From Gemmatimonas sp. (GTDB taxonomy: Bacteria > Krumholzibacteriota > Krumholzibacteriia > LZORAL124-64-63): a stretch of DNA of 64,000 nt. The stretch spans positions 14,474-78,473 of the forward strand of contig PNOJ01000001.1 of the NCBI GenBank assembly GCA_013824755.1. Reading direction: 5' to 3'. Position 1 is the stretch's first letter, and each line of letters starts with the position of its first letter. The position numbers were made by a program, and so were the translations under genes. Below the pieces are notes generated by a model. It was not told the DNA's origin. It saw nothing but the letters and a program-made list of their open reading frames with translations, and searched no databases. This document shows, one piece after another, positions 8,784 through 18,914 of the stretch.

Positions 8784-9275
8784 ATGGACCTGGATTCCGG
8801 TTTCTTCGTCAGCCACGAGCGCTGGATGCGCCTCGCCTTGGCGGAGGCGCGCGCCGCCGGCGAGGTCGGGGACGTGCCCGTCGGCGCAATTGTCGTGCAC
8901 CGGGACCGGGTCATCGGCCGCGGCCGCAACCAGGTCGAGGCGCTCAAGGACCCGACCGCCCATGCGGAGATCCTCGCGCTCGGGGCGGCGGCCGCCTCGC
9001 TGGGCGACTGGCGCCTGGACGAGTGCACGCTCTACTCGACGCTCGAGCCCTGCACGATGTGCGCCGGCGCCGTGCTGCTCGGTCGCCCGCGGCTGATCGT
9101 CTACGGGGCGGCCGATCCGCGCGCCGGGGCCCTGGTGTCGACCGCGCGCTTGCTGGAGACCAATCCCTACCGTCTCGCCTTCGAAGTGCTGGGCGGCGTC
9201 CTGGAGGCCGAGTGCGCGGATCTGCTGCGGGATTTCTTCCGGCGGCTGCGCGCCCGGGGGGGCGCGGAGGGCTGA
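8784..9275 (+). CDS. tadA: tRNA adenosine(34) deaminase TadA
   Basis: VPVGA, DPTAHAE, TLEPCTMC and C-terminal LLRDFFRRLR. Confidence 0.93.
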   Translation: MDLDSGFFVSHERWMRLALAEARAAGEVGDVPVGAIVVHRDRVIGRGRNQVEALKDPTAHAEILALGAAAASLGDWRLDECTLYSTLEPCTMCAGAVLLGRPRLIVYGAADPRAGALVSTARLLETNPYRLAFEVLGGVLEAECADLLRDFFRRLRARGGAEG

Positions 9276-9305
9276 AAAACCGGGAATCCCGTGCCGCGGC
9301 GCGAG

Positions 9306-9334
9306 TTGATTTCGGTGCTGGTCCGTGCTATATT
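9306..9334 (+). promoter_or_regulatory. sigma70-type promoter of the tRNA-Ser/Ser/Ala-ffs cluster
   Basis: TTGATT-N17-TATATT with extended -10 TG. Confidence 0.65.
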
Positions 9335-9355
9335 GCCGGCCGCATCGAATCGAGC

Positions 9356-9443
9356 GGAGAGTTGCGAGAGCGGTCGAATCGGCACGACTGGAAATCGTGT
9401 GTACCGCAAGGTACCCAGGGTTCGAATCCCTGACTCTCCGCCA
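9356..9443 (+). tRNA. tRNA-Ser(GGA)
   Basis: Anticodon arm CACGA-CTGGAAA-TCGTG, variable arm GTACC-GCAA-GGTAC, CCA. Confidence 0.96.
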
Positions 9444-9458
9444 TGATCGCGAACGGGC

Positions 9459-9548
9459 GGAGAGGTGCCGGAGCGGTTGAACGGGGCGGTCTCGAAAACC
9501 GTTGAACACGCAAGTGTTCCCAGGGTTCGAATCCCTGCCTCTCCGCCA
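9459..9548 (+). tRNA. tRNA-Ser(CGA)
   Basis: Anticodon arm GCGGT-CTCGAAA-ACCGT, long variable arm, CCA. Confidence 0.96.
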
Positions 9549-9581
9549 TGATCGCCGCGACGATGAAAGACAGGACCGGGT

Positions 9582-9657
9582 GGGGATGTAGCTCAGCTGG
9601 GAGAGCACTACGTTCGCAACGTAGGGGTCGTCGGTTCGAACCCGATCATCTCCACCA
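9582..9657 (+). tRNA. tRNA-Ala(CGC)
   Basis: Anticodon arm CTACG-TTCGCAA-CGTAG; G3-U70 pair; CCA. Confidence 0.96.
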
Positions 9658-9682
9658 CCTCATCTCGACGTGATTTCTCGCT

Positions 9683-9814
9683 GGGGAAGGAACCCCGACC
9701 GACTCGATGGGCCAGGCCCGGTGCGACGCCGGTGAGCTAACCCCGTCAGGACTGGAAAGTAGCAGCGGTACGCGGAAGCTGTCGTGTGCGCCGCCAGCCT
9801 GGCCCACCTTCCCC
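9683..9814 (+). ncRNA. ffs: Signal recognition particle RNA (small type)
   Basis: Helix-8-like GTCAGGACT-GGAA-AGTAGCAGC inside a long hairpin (GGGGAAGG/CCTTCCCC, TGGGCCAGGC/GCCTGGCCCA); typical position upstream of dnaX. Confidence 0.88.
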
Positions 9815-9841
9815 CGACAGACCCTTCTCCCCGAAGGTGCC

Positions 9842-11617
9842 ATGTCCTACCACGCGCTGGCCCGTAAGTACCGCCCCGCGACCTTCGATGCGATGGTGGG
9901 CCAGGAGCACGTCACGCGCACGCTGCGCGCGGCGCTGCGCCGCGACAAGCTCGCCCACGCCTACCTGTTCTCCGGCCCCCGCGGCTGCGGCAAGACCACC
10001 GTGGCGCGGCTGCTGGCCAAGGCCCTGAACTGCACGGGCGGCGTCAAGGACGAGCCCTGCGGCGCGTGCGAGGCCTGCGCGGCGGTCGCCGCCGGCTCGT
10101 CGCTGGACGTCCTGGAGATCGACGCCGCCAGCCACACCGGCGTGGACAACGTGCGCGAGCTGCGCGACATGGCCCAGTACACGCCCAGCCCCGGGGCGAG
10201 CCGGGTCTTCATCATCGACGAGGTCCACATGCTCTCGAAGGGGGCCTTCAACGCGCTGTTGAAGATCCTCGAGGAACCGCCGGCCCGCGTCTTCTTCTTC
10301 TTCGCGACGACCGAGCCCGCCAAGATCCCGCGCACGATCCTCTCGCGCTGCCAGCGCTTCGACTTCCGCCTGCTGACGCGCGACGAACTGTCCGCGCGCC
10401 TGACCGCGATCGCGGCCGAGGAAGGCGTCCGATTGGAACCCGGCGCCCTGCGGCTGGTCGTGGCGCAGGCGGAAGGGTCCATGCGCGACGCGCTGAGCAT
10501 CCTGGACCAGGTCCTGGCCGCGAGCCCCGAGCGCATCGACGAGCAGGCCGTCGTGGACCTGTTCGGGCTGGTGGGCAGCGAGGTGGCGATCGAGCTGAAC
10601 GAGGCGGTCATGGCGCGCGACGCCGGCCGCGCGCTGCGCCTGGCCGACCGCGTGGCCGCGGGCGGACAGAGCCTCGACGACTTCGCCCGCGGCCTGGTCG
10701 ACAACTTCCGCAACCTGCTGCTGCTGCGCATCGACCCCGCGCTCGCGGCGGGCATCAGTCTGCCCGAGGACCAGATCGAGATCCTGCGCCGGCAGGCCGG
10801 TCACTTCGCGCCCCAGGACCTGCTGGCCCTGCTCGACCGCGCCAGCCGCGGCTTCGAACGCATCCACCGCAGCGGGCAGCCCCGCGTGCTGCTCGAGGCC
10901 CTGCTCGTCGAACTGGTCCTGCTGGAGTCGCGGGTCGTGCTGTCGGACCTCGTGCGCCGCCTGGAAGCCCTGACCGGGCAGCCGCTGTCCGGCGGCGACG
11001 GCGGCCCGGGCGCCGACCGACGCGCCGCCACGGGCCGGCCGGCATCCGCGGCCAAACCGCCCGTCGCCAAGCCGACCTCTGCACGGGCCGCCCCCCACGC
11101 GGACGCCGCGCCGGAGCCGCCCGCCGCGCGGGACCACGGCGCTTCGCGCGTCCGCGACGCGTCGACGGCGGCGGCGGCCACCACCGTCGATGGCTGGACG
11201 GCCTTCGTCGAGACGCTGCTGGGCCGCCAGCCCGGGCTCGGCGCCTGCATCATGGAGGGCATCCCGGCCGAGGAGGACGGGCGCATCGCGCTGTCCTTCC
11301 CCGTCGAGAAGCAGTTCCAGCTGCAGCTGATCCAGAAGGATCTGCCGCGGCTGCAGGAACTCGCACGCGAGCTGCTGGGCCGCGACATCGTCCTGAACCT
11401 GGTTTCCGGCGCCGAGGCGGCGCGGCGCGAGCACCGCGAGGAGCTGCGCCGCCACGTGGCGCCCACCGAGCACGAGACGCTGCAGCGCGCCTGCGGCGGC
11501 GACGCGACCCTGGACCACCTGGTGCGGCGGCTCGACGCCGAAGTCGTGCCCGCTGCGGATCGCGATGCCTGGCACACCGCGCCCGACCGGGACGGGACCG
11601 CGCCGCGCGAGGGTTGA
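9842..11617 (+). CDS. dnaX: DNA polymerase III subunit gamma/tau
   Basis: LARKYRP, GPRGCGKTT, zinc-site Cys residues, EIDAAS, IIDEVHML, SRCQRF. Confidence 0.97.
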   Translation: MSYHALARKYRPATFDAMVGQEHVTRTLRAALRRDKLAHAYLFSGPRGCGKTTVARLLAKALNCTGGVKDEPCGACEACAAVAAGSSLDVLEIDAASHTGVDNVRELRDMAQYTPSPGASRVFIIDEVHMLSKGAFNALLKILEEPPARVFFFFATTEPAKIPRTILSRCQRFDFRLLTRDELSARLTAIAAEEGVRLEPGALRLVVAQAEGSMRDALSILDQVLAASPERIDEQAVVDLFGLVGSEVAIELNEAVMARDAGRALRLADRVAAGGQSLDDFARGLVDNFRNLLLLRIDPALAAGISLPEDQIEILRRQAGHFAPQDLLALLDRASRGFERIHRSGQPRVLLEALLVELVLLESRVVLSDLVRRLEALTGQPLSGGDGGPGADRRAATGRPASAAKPPVAKPTSARAAPHADAAPEPPAARDHGASRVRDASTAAAATTVDGWTAFVETLLGRQPGLGACIMEGIPAEEDGRIALSFPVEKQFQLQLIQKDLPRLQELARELLGRDIVLNLVSGAEAARREHREELRRHVAPTEHETLQRACGGDATLDHLVRRLDAEVVPAADRDAWHTAPDRDGTAPREG

Positions 11618-11654
11618 CAACGGCGCCCGGCCCCGCCGGCGCGAGGAGAACACC

Positions 11655-11958
11655 GTGGACATGCGCGCCCTGATGAAGCAGGCCCAGCAGATGCAGAAGC
11701 AGATGCAGGAGACCCAGGAGCAGCTGGCAGCGCGAGGTCGCGGCCGAGGTCGCCGGCGGCCAGGTCGTCGCCGTGATGAACGGCCGCCACCAGCTCGTCT
11801 CGCTGACCATCCGGCCCGAGATCGTCGACCCGCAGGATGTGGAGTTCCTCCAGGACCTGGTCGTCAGCGCGGTCAACGAGGCGGTGCGCCGCGTCGACGA
11901 GATGGTCGAGAAGGAGATGGGCGCCCTGACCGGCGGCCTGAAGCTGCCGGGGATGTAG
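11655..11958 (+). CDS. ybaB: YbaB/EbfC nucleoid-associated protein (apparent frameshift about 11730)
   Basis: MRALMKQAQQMQKQMQETQEQL in one frame and AGGQV...IRPEIVDPQDVEFLQDLVVSAVNEA in the next; lies between dnaX and recR. Confidence 0.88.
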
Positions 11959-11961
11959 GTC

Positions 11962-12612
11962 ATGGACCACTCCGCTCCCGCCACCCGCCACGCCGCCCGG
12001 GCCCGCGAGGGCGGCGAGTTCCAGTCCCCCTCGCTGGAGCGGCTGGTCCGCGCCCTGAGCCGGCTGCCGGGCCTCGGGCGCAAGTCGGCCACCCGTATCG
12101 CCCTGGATCTGCTGCGCGAGGACGCCGCGTCGCCTCACGAACTGGCCGCGGCGCTCGCCGAGGCCCGCGCCAACGTGCGCCACTGCGGCCGCTGCGGCGC
12201 CATCACCGAAGCCGACCCCTGCGCCATCTGCACGTCCCCGTCGCGGGAGCCGCACCAGCTCTGCGTGGTGGCTTCGCCCGTGGACGTCCTGCCTTTCGAG
12301 AAGGCCGGCTTCTACCGCGGCCGCTACTTCGTGCTCGGCCGTCTGCTGTCCCCTCTGGACGGCGTGCGGGCCGAGGACCTGCCGTTCGCGCGTCTGGCCA
12401 CGCGCGTGGAGCAGGACGGGATCGGCGAGATGATCCTGGCCCTCGACGCGAGCGTCGAAGGCGAGGCGACCTCCCTCTACATCCAGCGGATGTTCCACGG
12501 TCGCGACCTGCGGCTCAGCCGCCTGGCCACGGGCATCCCGGTGGGCGGCGCGCTGGCCTACACCGACGAGGCGACCCTGCATCGGGCCTTCCAGTTCCGC
12601 CGGGATTTTTGA
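11962..12612 (+). CDS. recR: Recombination mediator RecR
   Basis: LPGLGRKSATR HhH, C4 zinc finger, YFVLG..LSPLDG, EGEAT, GIPVGG. Confidence 0.96.
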   Translation: MDHSAPATRHAARAREGGEFQSPSLERLVRALSRLPGLGRKSATRIALDLLREDAASPHELAAALAEARANVRHCGRCGAITEADPCAICTSPSREPHQLCVVASPVDVLPFEKAGFYRGRYFVLGRLLSPLDGVRAEDLPFARLATRVEQDGIGEMILALDASVEGEATSLYIQRMFHGRDLRLSRLATGIPVGGALAYTDEATLHRAFQFRRDF

Positions 12613-12614
12613 GC

Positions 12615-12641
12615 TCAATCCCTTATCTCCACAGCCGATAC
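12615..12641 (+). promoter_or_regulatory. Putative sigma28 (FliA/SigD/WhiG)-type promoter
   Basis: TCAA-N15-GCCGATAC compared with the consensus TAAA-N15-GCCGATAA. Confidence 0.55.
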
Positions 12642-12707
12642 CTCGGGCAATGATGCCGCGGCCGGTCGTCGACGACCCGCCGCCGTGCCCGTCCCCGGAG
12701 GTAGGAC

Positions 12708-13139
12708 GTGACGACCCCGACCCGCACTCGCGACGACGCCTTCACCCTGCTGTACTCGGCCGCGGTCGCGCTGCTCGGGCGCACCGGCGTGCGGGGCGTG
12801 GCGCTCGTGGACGGGCAGGGGCGTCTCGTGCTGCACGTGGGGGAGGCCCCGCAGGGCCTGCCCGAAGCCGCGGTGGCCCGCCTGCGGGCCGCGCTGGCCG
12901 CGGCCGGCGTGCTGGGCGCCGACGCCGCGCCCGACGCTTCGGCCTTCCTGCTCGACGGGGAGCATCGCGTCCACGCCGCCCACGTGGCGCGGGGACTGGT
13001 GCTCATGGTCTTCGGGAACGAAGATCTCTGGCCGGGGCTGGCGCACCGGACGGTGGGCAGCCTGCTGGCGAGCATGCGCGAGGCCGTCGGGCTGCTGTTC
13101 GAAGACGCCGATCCGGAAACGCCGTCGAGGCGGGCGTGA
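12708..13139 (+). CDS. Divergent roadblock/LC7 (MglB-like) protein
   Basis: VRGVALVDGQGRLV...VHAAHVARGLVLMVF roadblock-like strand pattern; stop overlaps the start of the MglA-like gene. Confidence 0.6.
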   Translation: MTTPTRTRDDAFTLLYSAAVALLGRTGVRGVALVDGQGRLVLHVGEAPQGLPEAAVARLRAALAAAGVLGADAAPDASAFLLDGEHRVHAAHVARGLVLMVFGNEDLWPGLAHRTVGSLLASMREAVGLLFEDADPETPSRRA

Positions 13140-13726
13140 ATCCCGCCGCCGAACGGGACCGTGCCGGGAACCTGCCCGAGGTGCGCCGGGCCGTCCTGTA
13201 CGGCCCCGGACGTGGCGGCAAGTCGGCGACGCTGGCGGCCTGGGCCGGCATGTTCGGCGCGCCGGCTGCGCTCGCCGCTTCACGGACTGTCGAATTGCAG
13301 GCGGCGGCGTTGCCGTCCGCCGTGGCGTCCGGCGATGGGTTCGAGTACCTCACCGTGCCGGCCGACGCACAACGCTCCGCGCTGCACCTGTTGACCACCC
13401 CGGGCCGCCTGTCCTGCAGCGAGGAGCGCCGACTGCTGCTGCGCGGCGCCGACGCCGTCGTCTTCACGGCCGACAGCCGCGGCTGGCGCCAGGACGCCAA
13501 CCTCATCCTGCTCGACGAACTCGGCGCCGAGCTCGCCGCCGCCGGTCCCGGCGATCGCGCCGCGCTGCTGCTGCAGTACAACCACCGCGACGATCCCGAG
13601 GCCCTGCCCCTCGCCGAACTCGAGGCCCTGCTCAATCCGGTCGGCTGGCCGTCCGTGCCCACGGTCGCCACCACCGGCGAGGGCTTGCCCGACCTGCTGG
13701 CCCTGCTGCTCGCCCGCCTGCGCTGA
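13136..13726 (+). CDS. Degenerate MglA-family small GTPase
   Basis: YGPGRGGKSAT, SRT, LLTTPGR, RRLLLRGADAVVFTADS, LLLQYNHRD and ATTGEG align with MglA motifs. Confidence 0.78.
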   Translation: MNPAAERDRAGNLPEVRRAVLYGPGRGGKSATLAAWAGMFGAPAALAASRTVELQAAALPSAVASGDGFEYLTVPADAQRSALHLLTTPGRLSCSEERRLLLRGADAVVFTADSRGWRQDANLILLDELGAELAAAGPGDRAALLLQYNHRDDPEALPLAELEALLNPVGWPSVPTVATTGEGLPDLLALLLARLR

Positions 13727-13781
13727 GCGGCGCGGCCGGAACCCGCACCTGCCGTCCCCGCCTCGTTGACTGACCGCCGCG

Positions 13782-13810
13782 TTGACCACCCGCCGCGCCT
13801 GGCTTATCCT
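13782..13810 (+). promoter_or_regulatory. sigma70-type promoter of pgpA-cinA-thpR-recA
   Basis: TTGACC-N17-TATCCT. Confidence 0.55.
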
Positions 13811-13861
13811 GCACGCGCTCGCCGTGCGCGCCGGCCGGGACTTCGCCGAAAGGACACCGCC

Positions 13862-14314
13862 GTGGGGCGTCTGCTGATCAACGCCTTCGCCACCTTCTTC
13901 GGGACGGGGTTGGCGCCCTTCGCGCCGGCCACGGTCGCCAGCCTGGGCGTGGCCGTGCTGTGGGGGCTGGCGTCGCCGGTGCCTGTGGCCGCCCAGGTCG
14001 GCCTGCTCGCGCTGGTCGTGGCGCTGGGCGTGCCGGCGGCCGGCTGGATGGAGCGGCGCCACGGCAAGGACCCGCACCGCGTGGTCTGCGACGAGGTGGC
14101 CGGCATGCTGGTCACCTACTTCGGCCTCACCACGGGCTGGGCCGGTTGGCTGGCCGGCTTCGCCTGGTTCCGCGTCTTCGACATCGCCAAGCCTTTCCCG
14201 ATCCGCAGGCTGGAAGCCCTGCCCGGCGGCTGGGGCATCATGGCCGACGACCTGCTGGCGGGTGTCTACGCCCACCTGCTGCTGCGCGCCACCCTGGCCG
14301 TGACGGGCTGGTGA
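13862..14314 (+). CDS. pgpA: Phosphatidylglycerophosphatase A
   Basis: APATVAS, KDPHRVVCDEVAG, FRVFDIAKPFPI, GIMADDLLAG. Confidence 0.94.
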   Translation: MGRLLINAFATFFGTGLAPFAPATVASLGVAVLWGLASPVPVAAQVGLLALVVALGVPAAGWMERRHGKDPHRVVCDEVAGMLVTYFGLTTGWAGWLAGFAWFRVFDIAKPFPIRRLEALPGGWGIMADDLLAGVYAHLLLRATLAVTGW

Positions 14315-14316
14315 CC

Positions 14317-15590
14317 ATGGAGCGCCTGGGCGAGGCCCGCCTGATCGCGGTCGGGGACGAACTGCTCAACGGGCGCACGCTCGACGCCAATTCCCACGAG
14401 ATCCAGCAGCGCCTCCTGCGCCGCGGCGTGACCGTGGGCGGGGTGGCCGTGTGCCGGACCACGCCGCCGCCATCGCCGCGGCCCTGGACGCCGCGCCCGA
14501 CGCCTGCCTGGTCGTGCTGACCGGGGGCCTCGGCCCGACCCCGGACGACCTGACGGCCGAAGCGGTCGCGGCCTGGGCGGAGGTCCCGCTGCAGCAGGAC
14601 GCGGCCGTCGCCGCCCTGCTGCGCGCGCGCTGCGAGGCGCGCGGCCGTCCCTACGGCCCCAACATGGTGAAGCAGGGGATGCTGCCCTCGGGGCTCGACG
14701 CGCTGCCGAACCCCGAGGGCACCGCGCCGGCGATGGTCGGGGACCTGCGCGGCCGCACGCTGGTCCTGTTGCCCGGCGTGCCTTCGGAGATGCGGGTCCT
14801 GTGGCCGCTGGTCGAAGCCTGGCTGGACGCGGGCGGCCGGCTCGGCCCGGCCCGGCCCGTCCTGCTGCGCCGCACGACCCGGCTGAGCGAGCCCGTCCTG
14901 GACCGGCTCACCGCGCCGCTCTTGGCGGAGTTCCCGGGCTGCGCCTGGTCCTGGTGGCTCACGCGCTGGGGAGTCGACGTCCAGGCCCTGGCGCCGGCCG
15001 GCGCGGACGCGATGCCCGCGGGCCTCGCCGCGCGGCTGGACGAGGTGCTGGGCGACCGCATCTGGGCGCGCGAGTTCGTCGACCTGCCGGCGGTGGTCCT
15101 GTCGGCGCTGCGCGACGCCGGCCTGACGGTGGCCGCCGCGGAGTCCTGCACCGGCGGCCTGCTCGGCGCCGCGTTGACCGACGTGCCGGGCGCGTCGGAC
15201 GCCTACCGCGGCGGGATCGTCGCCTACGCGGACGACATCAAGCGGGACCTGCTGGACGTGCCCGCCGCGCTGCTGCGCGAGCACGGGGCCGTGAGCGGGC
15301 CGTGCGCCCGCGCGATGGCCGACGGCTGCCGCGCGCGCTGCGGCGCCGACCTCGCGTTGTCGGTGACCGGCGTCGCCGGGCCGGGCGGCGGGTCGCAGGA
15401 CAAACCGGTGGGCACCGTCTGGATCGGCCTGGCCTCGGCGGCGGGGACGTTCGCCGGACGCACGCGCTTCCTCGCGCACCGCGCCCGCAACCGCGAGCTG
15501 GCCGTGGCCGTGGCGCTGGACGCCCTGCGGCGCCACCTCGCCGCCGGCGACGATCCCTTCGCGCACGCGGAAGCCGACGGCTGGTCGTGA
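14317..15590 (+). CDS. cinA: CinA family competence/damage-inducible protein with PncC domain (apparent frameshift about 14450)
   Basis: VGDELLNGRTLDAN, TGGLGPTPDDLT, AESCTGG, HGAVS, TGVAGPGGG. Confidence 0.92.
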
Positions 15591-16156
15591 GGCTGTTCGT
15601 GGCCGTCGATCCCGGGGAGCGTTTCCGCGCGGAGGTGTCGCCCTGCCTGGACGCCTGGCGGGCGCGCTGGGACCTGGGCTGGGCGCGGACGGAGCAGCTG
15701 CACGTCACGTTGCGCTTCCTCGGCGATTGGCCGCCCGAGCGGCTCGATGACCTGCGGGCGGCCCTGGCGGCGGCGGCGGGAGAGACCCCGCCGTTGAGCA
15801 TGCAGGCCGGCGGCCTCGAGGCCTTCCCGGGCTGGCGCCGACCGCGGGTTCTCTTCTTGCAGATGGAGAGCGGCGGCGCGCTCGAGGCGCTGGCGGCGCG
15901 CATCGCGGACGCGATGGCCCGGCGGTGTCCGGGGCTCGGCGCGGCGGCGGGCGGGTTCCGGGCCCACCTGACCCTCGCGCGGTTCCGCGCCGGACTGCCG
16001 CCGCGCGAACTCGCAGCCCTGCGGCGCGAAACGGCGCCGCGCCTTTCCGGGATCGACGTCACCGGGATCCGTCTGGTGCAGAGCACGCTCGCGCCCGGGG
16101 GCGCCCGCCACGAGACGCGCGCTGTTTTCCCGCTGGCGGGGGCCGCGGCGCCGTAG
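15587..16156 (+). CDS. thpR: RNA 2',3'-cyclic phosphodiesterase (2H family)
   Basis: [14 protein letters not shown] and HLTLAR 2H motifs. Confidence 0.92.
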   Translation: MRLFVAVDPGERFRAEVSPCLDAWRARWDLGWARTEQLHVTLRFLGDWPPERLDDLRAALAAAAGETPPLSMQAGGLEAFPGWRRPRVLFLQMESGGALEALAARIADAMARRCPGLGAAAGGFRAHLTLARFRAGLPPRELAALRRETAPRLSGIDVTGIRLVQSTLAPGGARHETRAVFPLAGAAAP

Positions 16157-16248
16157 TAAGGTCGCGAATACCGACCGCCCCGGCGCGGCCTGGCTCGCCG
16201 CCCGCACGATCTCCCGGACGCAGTCCCACACCCAAGGAGTGATTCGCA

Positions 16249-17367
16249 ATGGCTATGGACAGGCAGCAGGAGAAGGCCAAGGCCCTGGAACTGACGCGGG
16301 CCCAGATCGAGAAGCAGTTCGGCAAGGGATCGATCATGCTGCTCGGGGAGAACCAGGTGGTCGAGGGCGTCGAGCCGATCTCCACCGGCAGCCTCGCGCT
16401 GGACATCGCGCTCGGCGTGGGCGGCCTGCCCAAGGGGCGCGTGGTCGAGATCTTCGGCCCCGAGGGCAGCGGCAAGACCACCCTCGCCTTGACCACGATC
16501 GCCAACGCCCAGCGCAAGGGCGGCGTGGCGGCCTTCGTGGACGCCGAGCACGCCCTGGACCCGGTCTACGCCCGCCTGATCGGCGTGGACATCGACAACC
16601 TGCTGGTCTCGCAGCCGGACACCGGCGAGCAGGCCCTGGAGATCACCGAGATGCTCGTGCGCTCGGGCGCCGTCGACGTCGTGGTGATCGATTCGGTGGC
16701 CGCCCTGGTGCCGCGCGCCGAGATCGAGGGCGAGATGGGCGACCAGCACGTCGGCCTGCAGGCCCGCCTGATGAGCCAGGCCCTGCGCAAGCTCACCGGC
16801 GCGATCAGCAAGACCCACACCCTGGTCATCTTCACCAACCAGATCCGCATGAAGATCGGCGTGATGTTCGGCAACCCCGAGACCACGTCCGGCGGCAACG
16901 CGCTGAAGTTCTACAGCTCGGTGCGCCTGGACATCCGCCGTATCGGCGCCATCAGCCAGGGCGAGGACGTGGTCGGCAACCACGTGCGCGTGAAGGTGGT
17001 CAAGAACAAGGTGGCGCCGCCCTTCAAGAAGGCGGAATTCGACATCCTCTACGGGGAGGGCATCTCCAAGGAGGGCGACCTGATCGAGCTGGGCACCGCC
17101 GCCGAGATCATCCAGAAATCCGGCGCCTGGTACAGCTACGGCGACGAGCGGCTCGGCCAGGGCAAGGAGAACGTGCGCGACCTGCTGCGCGCCAATCCCG
17201 ACCTCTACTCCCGCATCGAGCACAAGGTGCTCGTCCACTACGGCGTGAGGACCCAACCGGCCGAGGCGGCCGACGCGGCCGCGCCGGCGGCGAAGGCCGC
17301 GGCCGAGGGCGGCAGCGACGAGGCGCCCAAGTCCGGGCGCGGGCGACGCGCCGCCGCGACGGACTGA
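16249..17367 (+). CDS. recA: Recombinase RecA
   Basis: [34 protein letters not shown]. Confidence 0.99.
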   Translation: MAMDRQQEKAKALELTRAQIEKQFGKGSIMLLGENQVVEGVEPISTGSLALDIALGVGGLPKGRVVEIFGPEGSGKTTLALTTIANAQRKGGVAAFVDAEHALDPVYARLIGVDIDNLLVSQPDTGEQALEITEMLVRSGAVDVVVIDSVAALVPRAEIEGEMGDQHVGLQARLMSQALRKLTGAISKTHTLVIFTNQIRMKIGVMFGNPETTSGGNALKFYSSVRLDIRRIGAISQGEDVVGNHVRVKVVKNKVAPPFKKAEFDILYGEGISKEGDLIELGTAAEIIQKSGAWYSYGDERLGQGKENVRDLLRANPDLYSRIEHKVLVHYGVRTQPAEAADAAAPAAKAAAEGGSDEAPKSGRGRRAAATD

Positions 17368-17370
17368 GCC

Positions 17371-18042
17371 GTGGACGGGACGGAGACCGGGATCCGCCTG
17401 CTGTCCCTGGACCGCGGCGACGGCGAGGCGCGGCTCGCCCTGAGCGACGGCACGGTGCTGGAGCTGGCGACGTCGTCGCTGCCGCCGGGACTGCCCGCCT
17501 GCGGGGAGATCCTGCCGTCGGCGCTGCTCGCCGCGCTCCACGAGGCCGCGGTCCGCAAGCAGATCGCCCGCCGGCTCTTCCGCGAACTCGATCGCCGGCT
17601 GCGCACGCGGGCGGACCTGAGGTCCCGCCTGCTCGCAGCCGGCTTCCCGCCGGGTCCCGTCGACGAGGTGCTGGAGCGGTTCGCGGAGACGGGCGTCCAT
17701 TCGGACCGGCGCTTCGCCGAAGCCTGGTGCCGCGACACGCTCAGAGCCAAGCCCGTCGGGCGGCGCTTGCTCGCCGACCGCCTGGCCAGGACGGGGGTGC
17801 CGCCGGCGCTCGCCGCCGCCGTCGCCGCCGAGCAGCTGCCGCCCGGTGACGAGGCGGAACTGGCGCGAACGGCCGCAAGGTCCTGGTGGCGGCGGCAGCG
17901 CGGCGACGCCGACGCGCGCGCCCTGGCCAAGGGACAGCGTTTCCTGATCGGTCGCGGCTTCCCGCCCGGGACGGCCGCCGACGCCGTGCGGGCCACGGTC
18001 CCGGCCCGGCGAGTCGACGAGGACGGGGAGGATCCTGCATGA
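17371..18042 (+). CDS. recX: Regulatory protein RecX
   Basis: Follows rec[28 protein letters not shown]. Confidence 0.85.
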   Translation: MDGTETGIRLLSLDRGDGEARLALSDGTVLELATSSLPPGLPACGEILPSALLAALHEAAVRKQIARRLFRELDRRLRTRADLRSRLLAAGFPPGPVDEVLERFAETGVHSDRRFAEAWCRDTLRAKPVGRRLLADRLARTGVPPALAAAVAAEQLPPGDEAELARTAARSWWRRQRGDADARALAKGQRFLIGRGFPPGTAADAVRATVPARRVDEDGEDPA

Positions 18043-18914
18043 AGATCCTGGTGACCGGCGCCGCGGGGATGCTCGGCCGCGCCATCCTCGACGAGTACGA
18101 GGACTCGGGCCACTGCGTCGGCGTCGACCTGCCGGACGGGGACCTCACCCTGCGGGACACGGCCCTGGAATTGATGATGCAGCATTCCCCGCATCACGTC
18201 GTCCACGCCGCGGCCTACACGGACGTCGACCGGGCCGAGAGCGACCCGGAGCGGGCCCATGCCGTGAACGCCGAGGCCACCCGCCTGCTGGCCCGCTGCT
18301 GCACGTCCCTCAACATCCCGTTCACCTACATCAGCACGGACTACGTTTTCGACGGCGAGGACCCCGCCGGGTACTTCGAGGACGCCGAACGCCGGCCCCT
18401 GGGCGTCTACGGGCGCACCAAGGCCCTGGGCGAGGAGGAGGTCCAGTCGGCCGGCGGCGACTGGCGGATCATCCGCACCAGCTGGCTCTTCGGCCCCGGG
18501 CCGAAGAACTTCGTGCTGACGATCCGCAGGCTGCTGTCGGAACGGGAGACGCTGACGGTCGTCGACGACCAGACCGGCTGCCCCACCTACGCGCCGGACC
18601 TGGCGCGCATCATGCGCCTGGTCCTGCTGGGCAAGGGCCGCGGCATCTTCCACGCCACCAACGCGGGTGCGACGACCTGGCACGCGTTCGCGCGCGAGGT
18701 CGCGCGACTCAGCGGCGCCGACCCCGAGCGGATCCTGCCCTGCGCCACCGCGGCGTACCCGACGCCGGCGCGACGGCCCGCCTGCTCGATCCTGCGCAGC
18801 CGGAACCTGGAATCCATCGGGCTCGGTCCCCGTCCGTCTTGGCAGGACGCCGTGGAGCGTTATATTGCGGGGCTCGCGCGGCACGAGTCACCCGAACCCG
18901 GAGTCCGGCCATGA
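18039..18914 (+). CDS. rfbD: dTDP-4-dehydrorhamnose reductase
   Basis: GAAGMLG, AAYTDVD, STDYVFDG, YGRTK, DQTGCPT. Confidence 0.94.
   Translation: MKILVTGAAGMLGRAILDEYEDSGHCVGVDLPDGDLTLRDTALELMMQHSPHHVVHAAAYTDVDRAESDPERAHAVNAEATRLLARCCTSLNIPFTYISTDYVFDGEDPAGYFEDAERRPLGVYGRTKALGEEEVQSAGGDWRIIRTSWLFGPGPKNFVLTIRRLLSERETLTVVDDQTGCPTYAPDLARIMRLVLLGKGRGIFHATNAGATTWHAFAREVARLSGADPERILPCATAAYPTPARRPACSILRSRNLESIGLGPRPSWQDAVERYIAGLARHESPEPGVRP

Noticed and set aside
8784..9275. Deaminase as a defence or editing system
   Set aside because: Ordinary TadA motifs and housekeeping context
9842..11617. Programmed frameshift producing DnaX gamma
   Set aside because: No A-AAA-AAG or long poly-A slippery site seen
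16157..16248. LexA box upstream of recA
   Set aside because: No recognisable known SOS-box dyad
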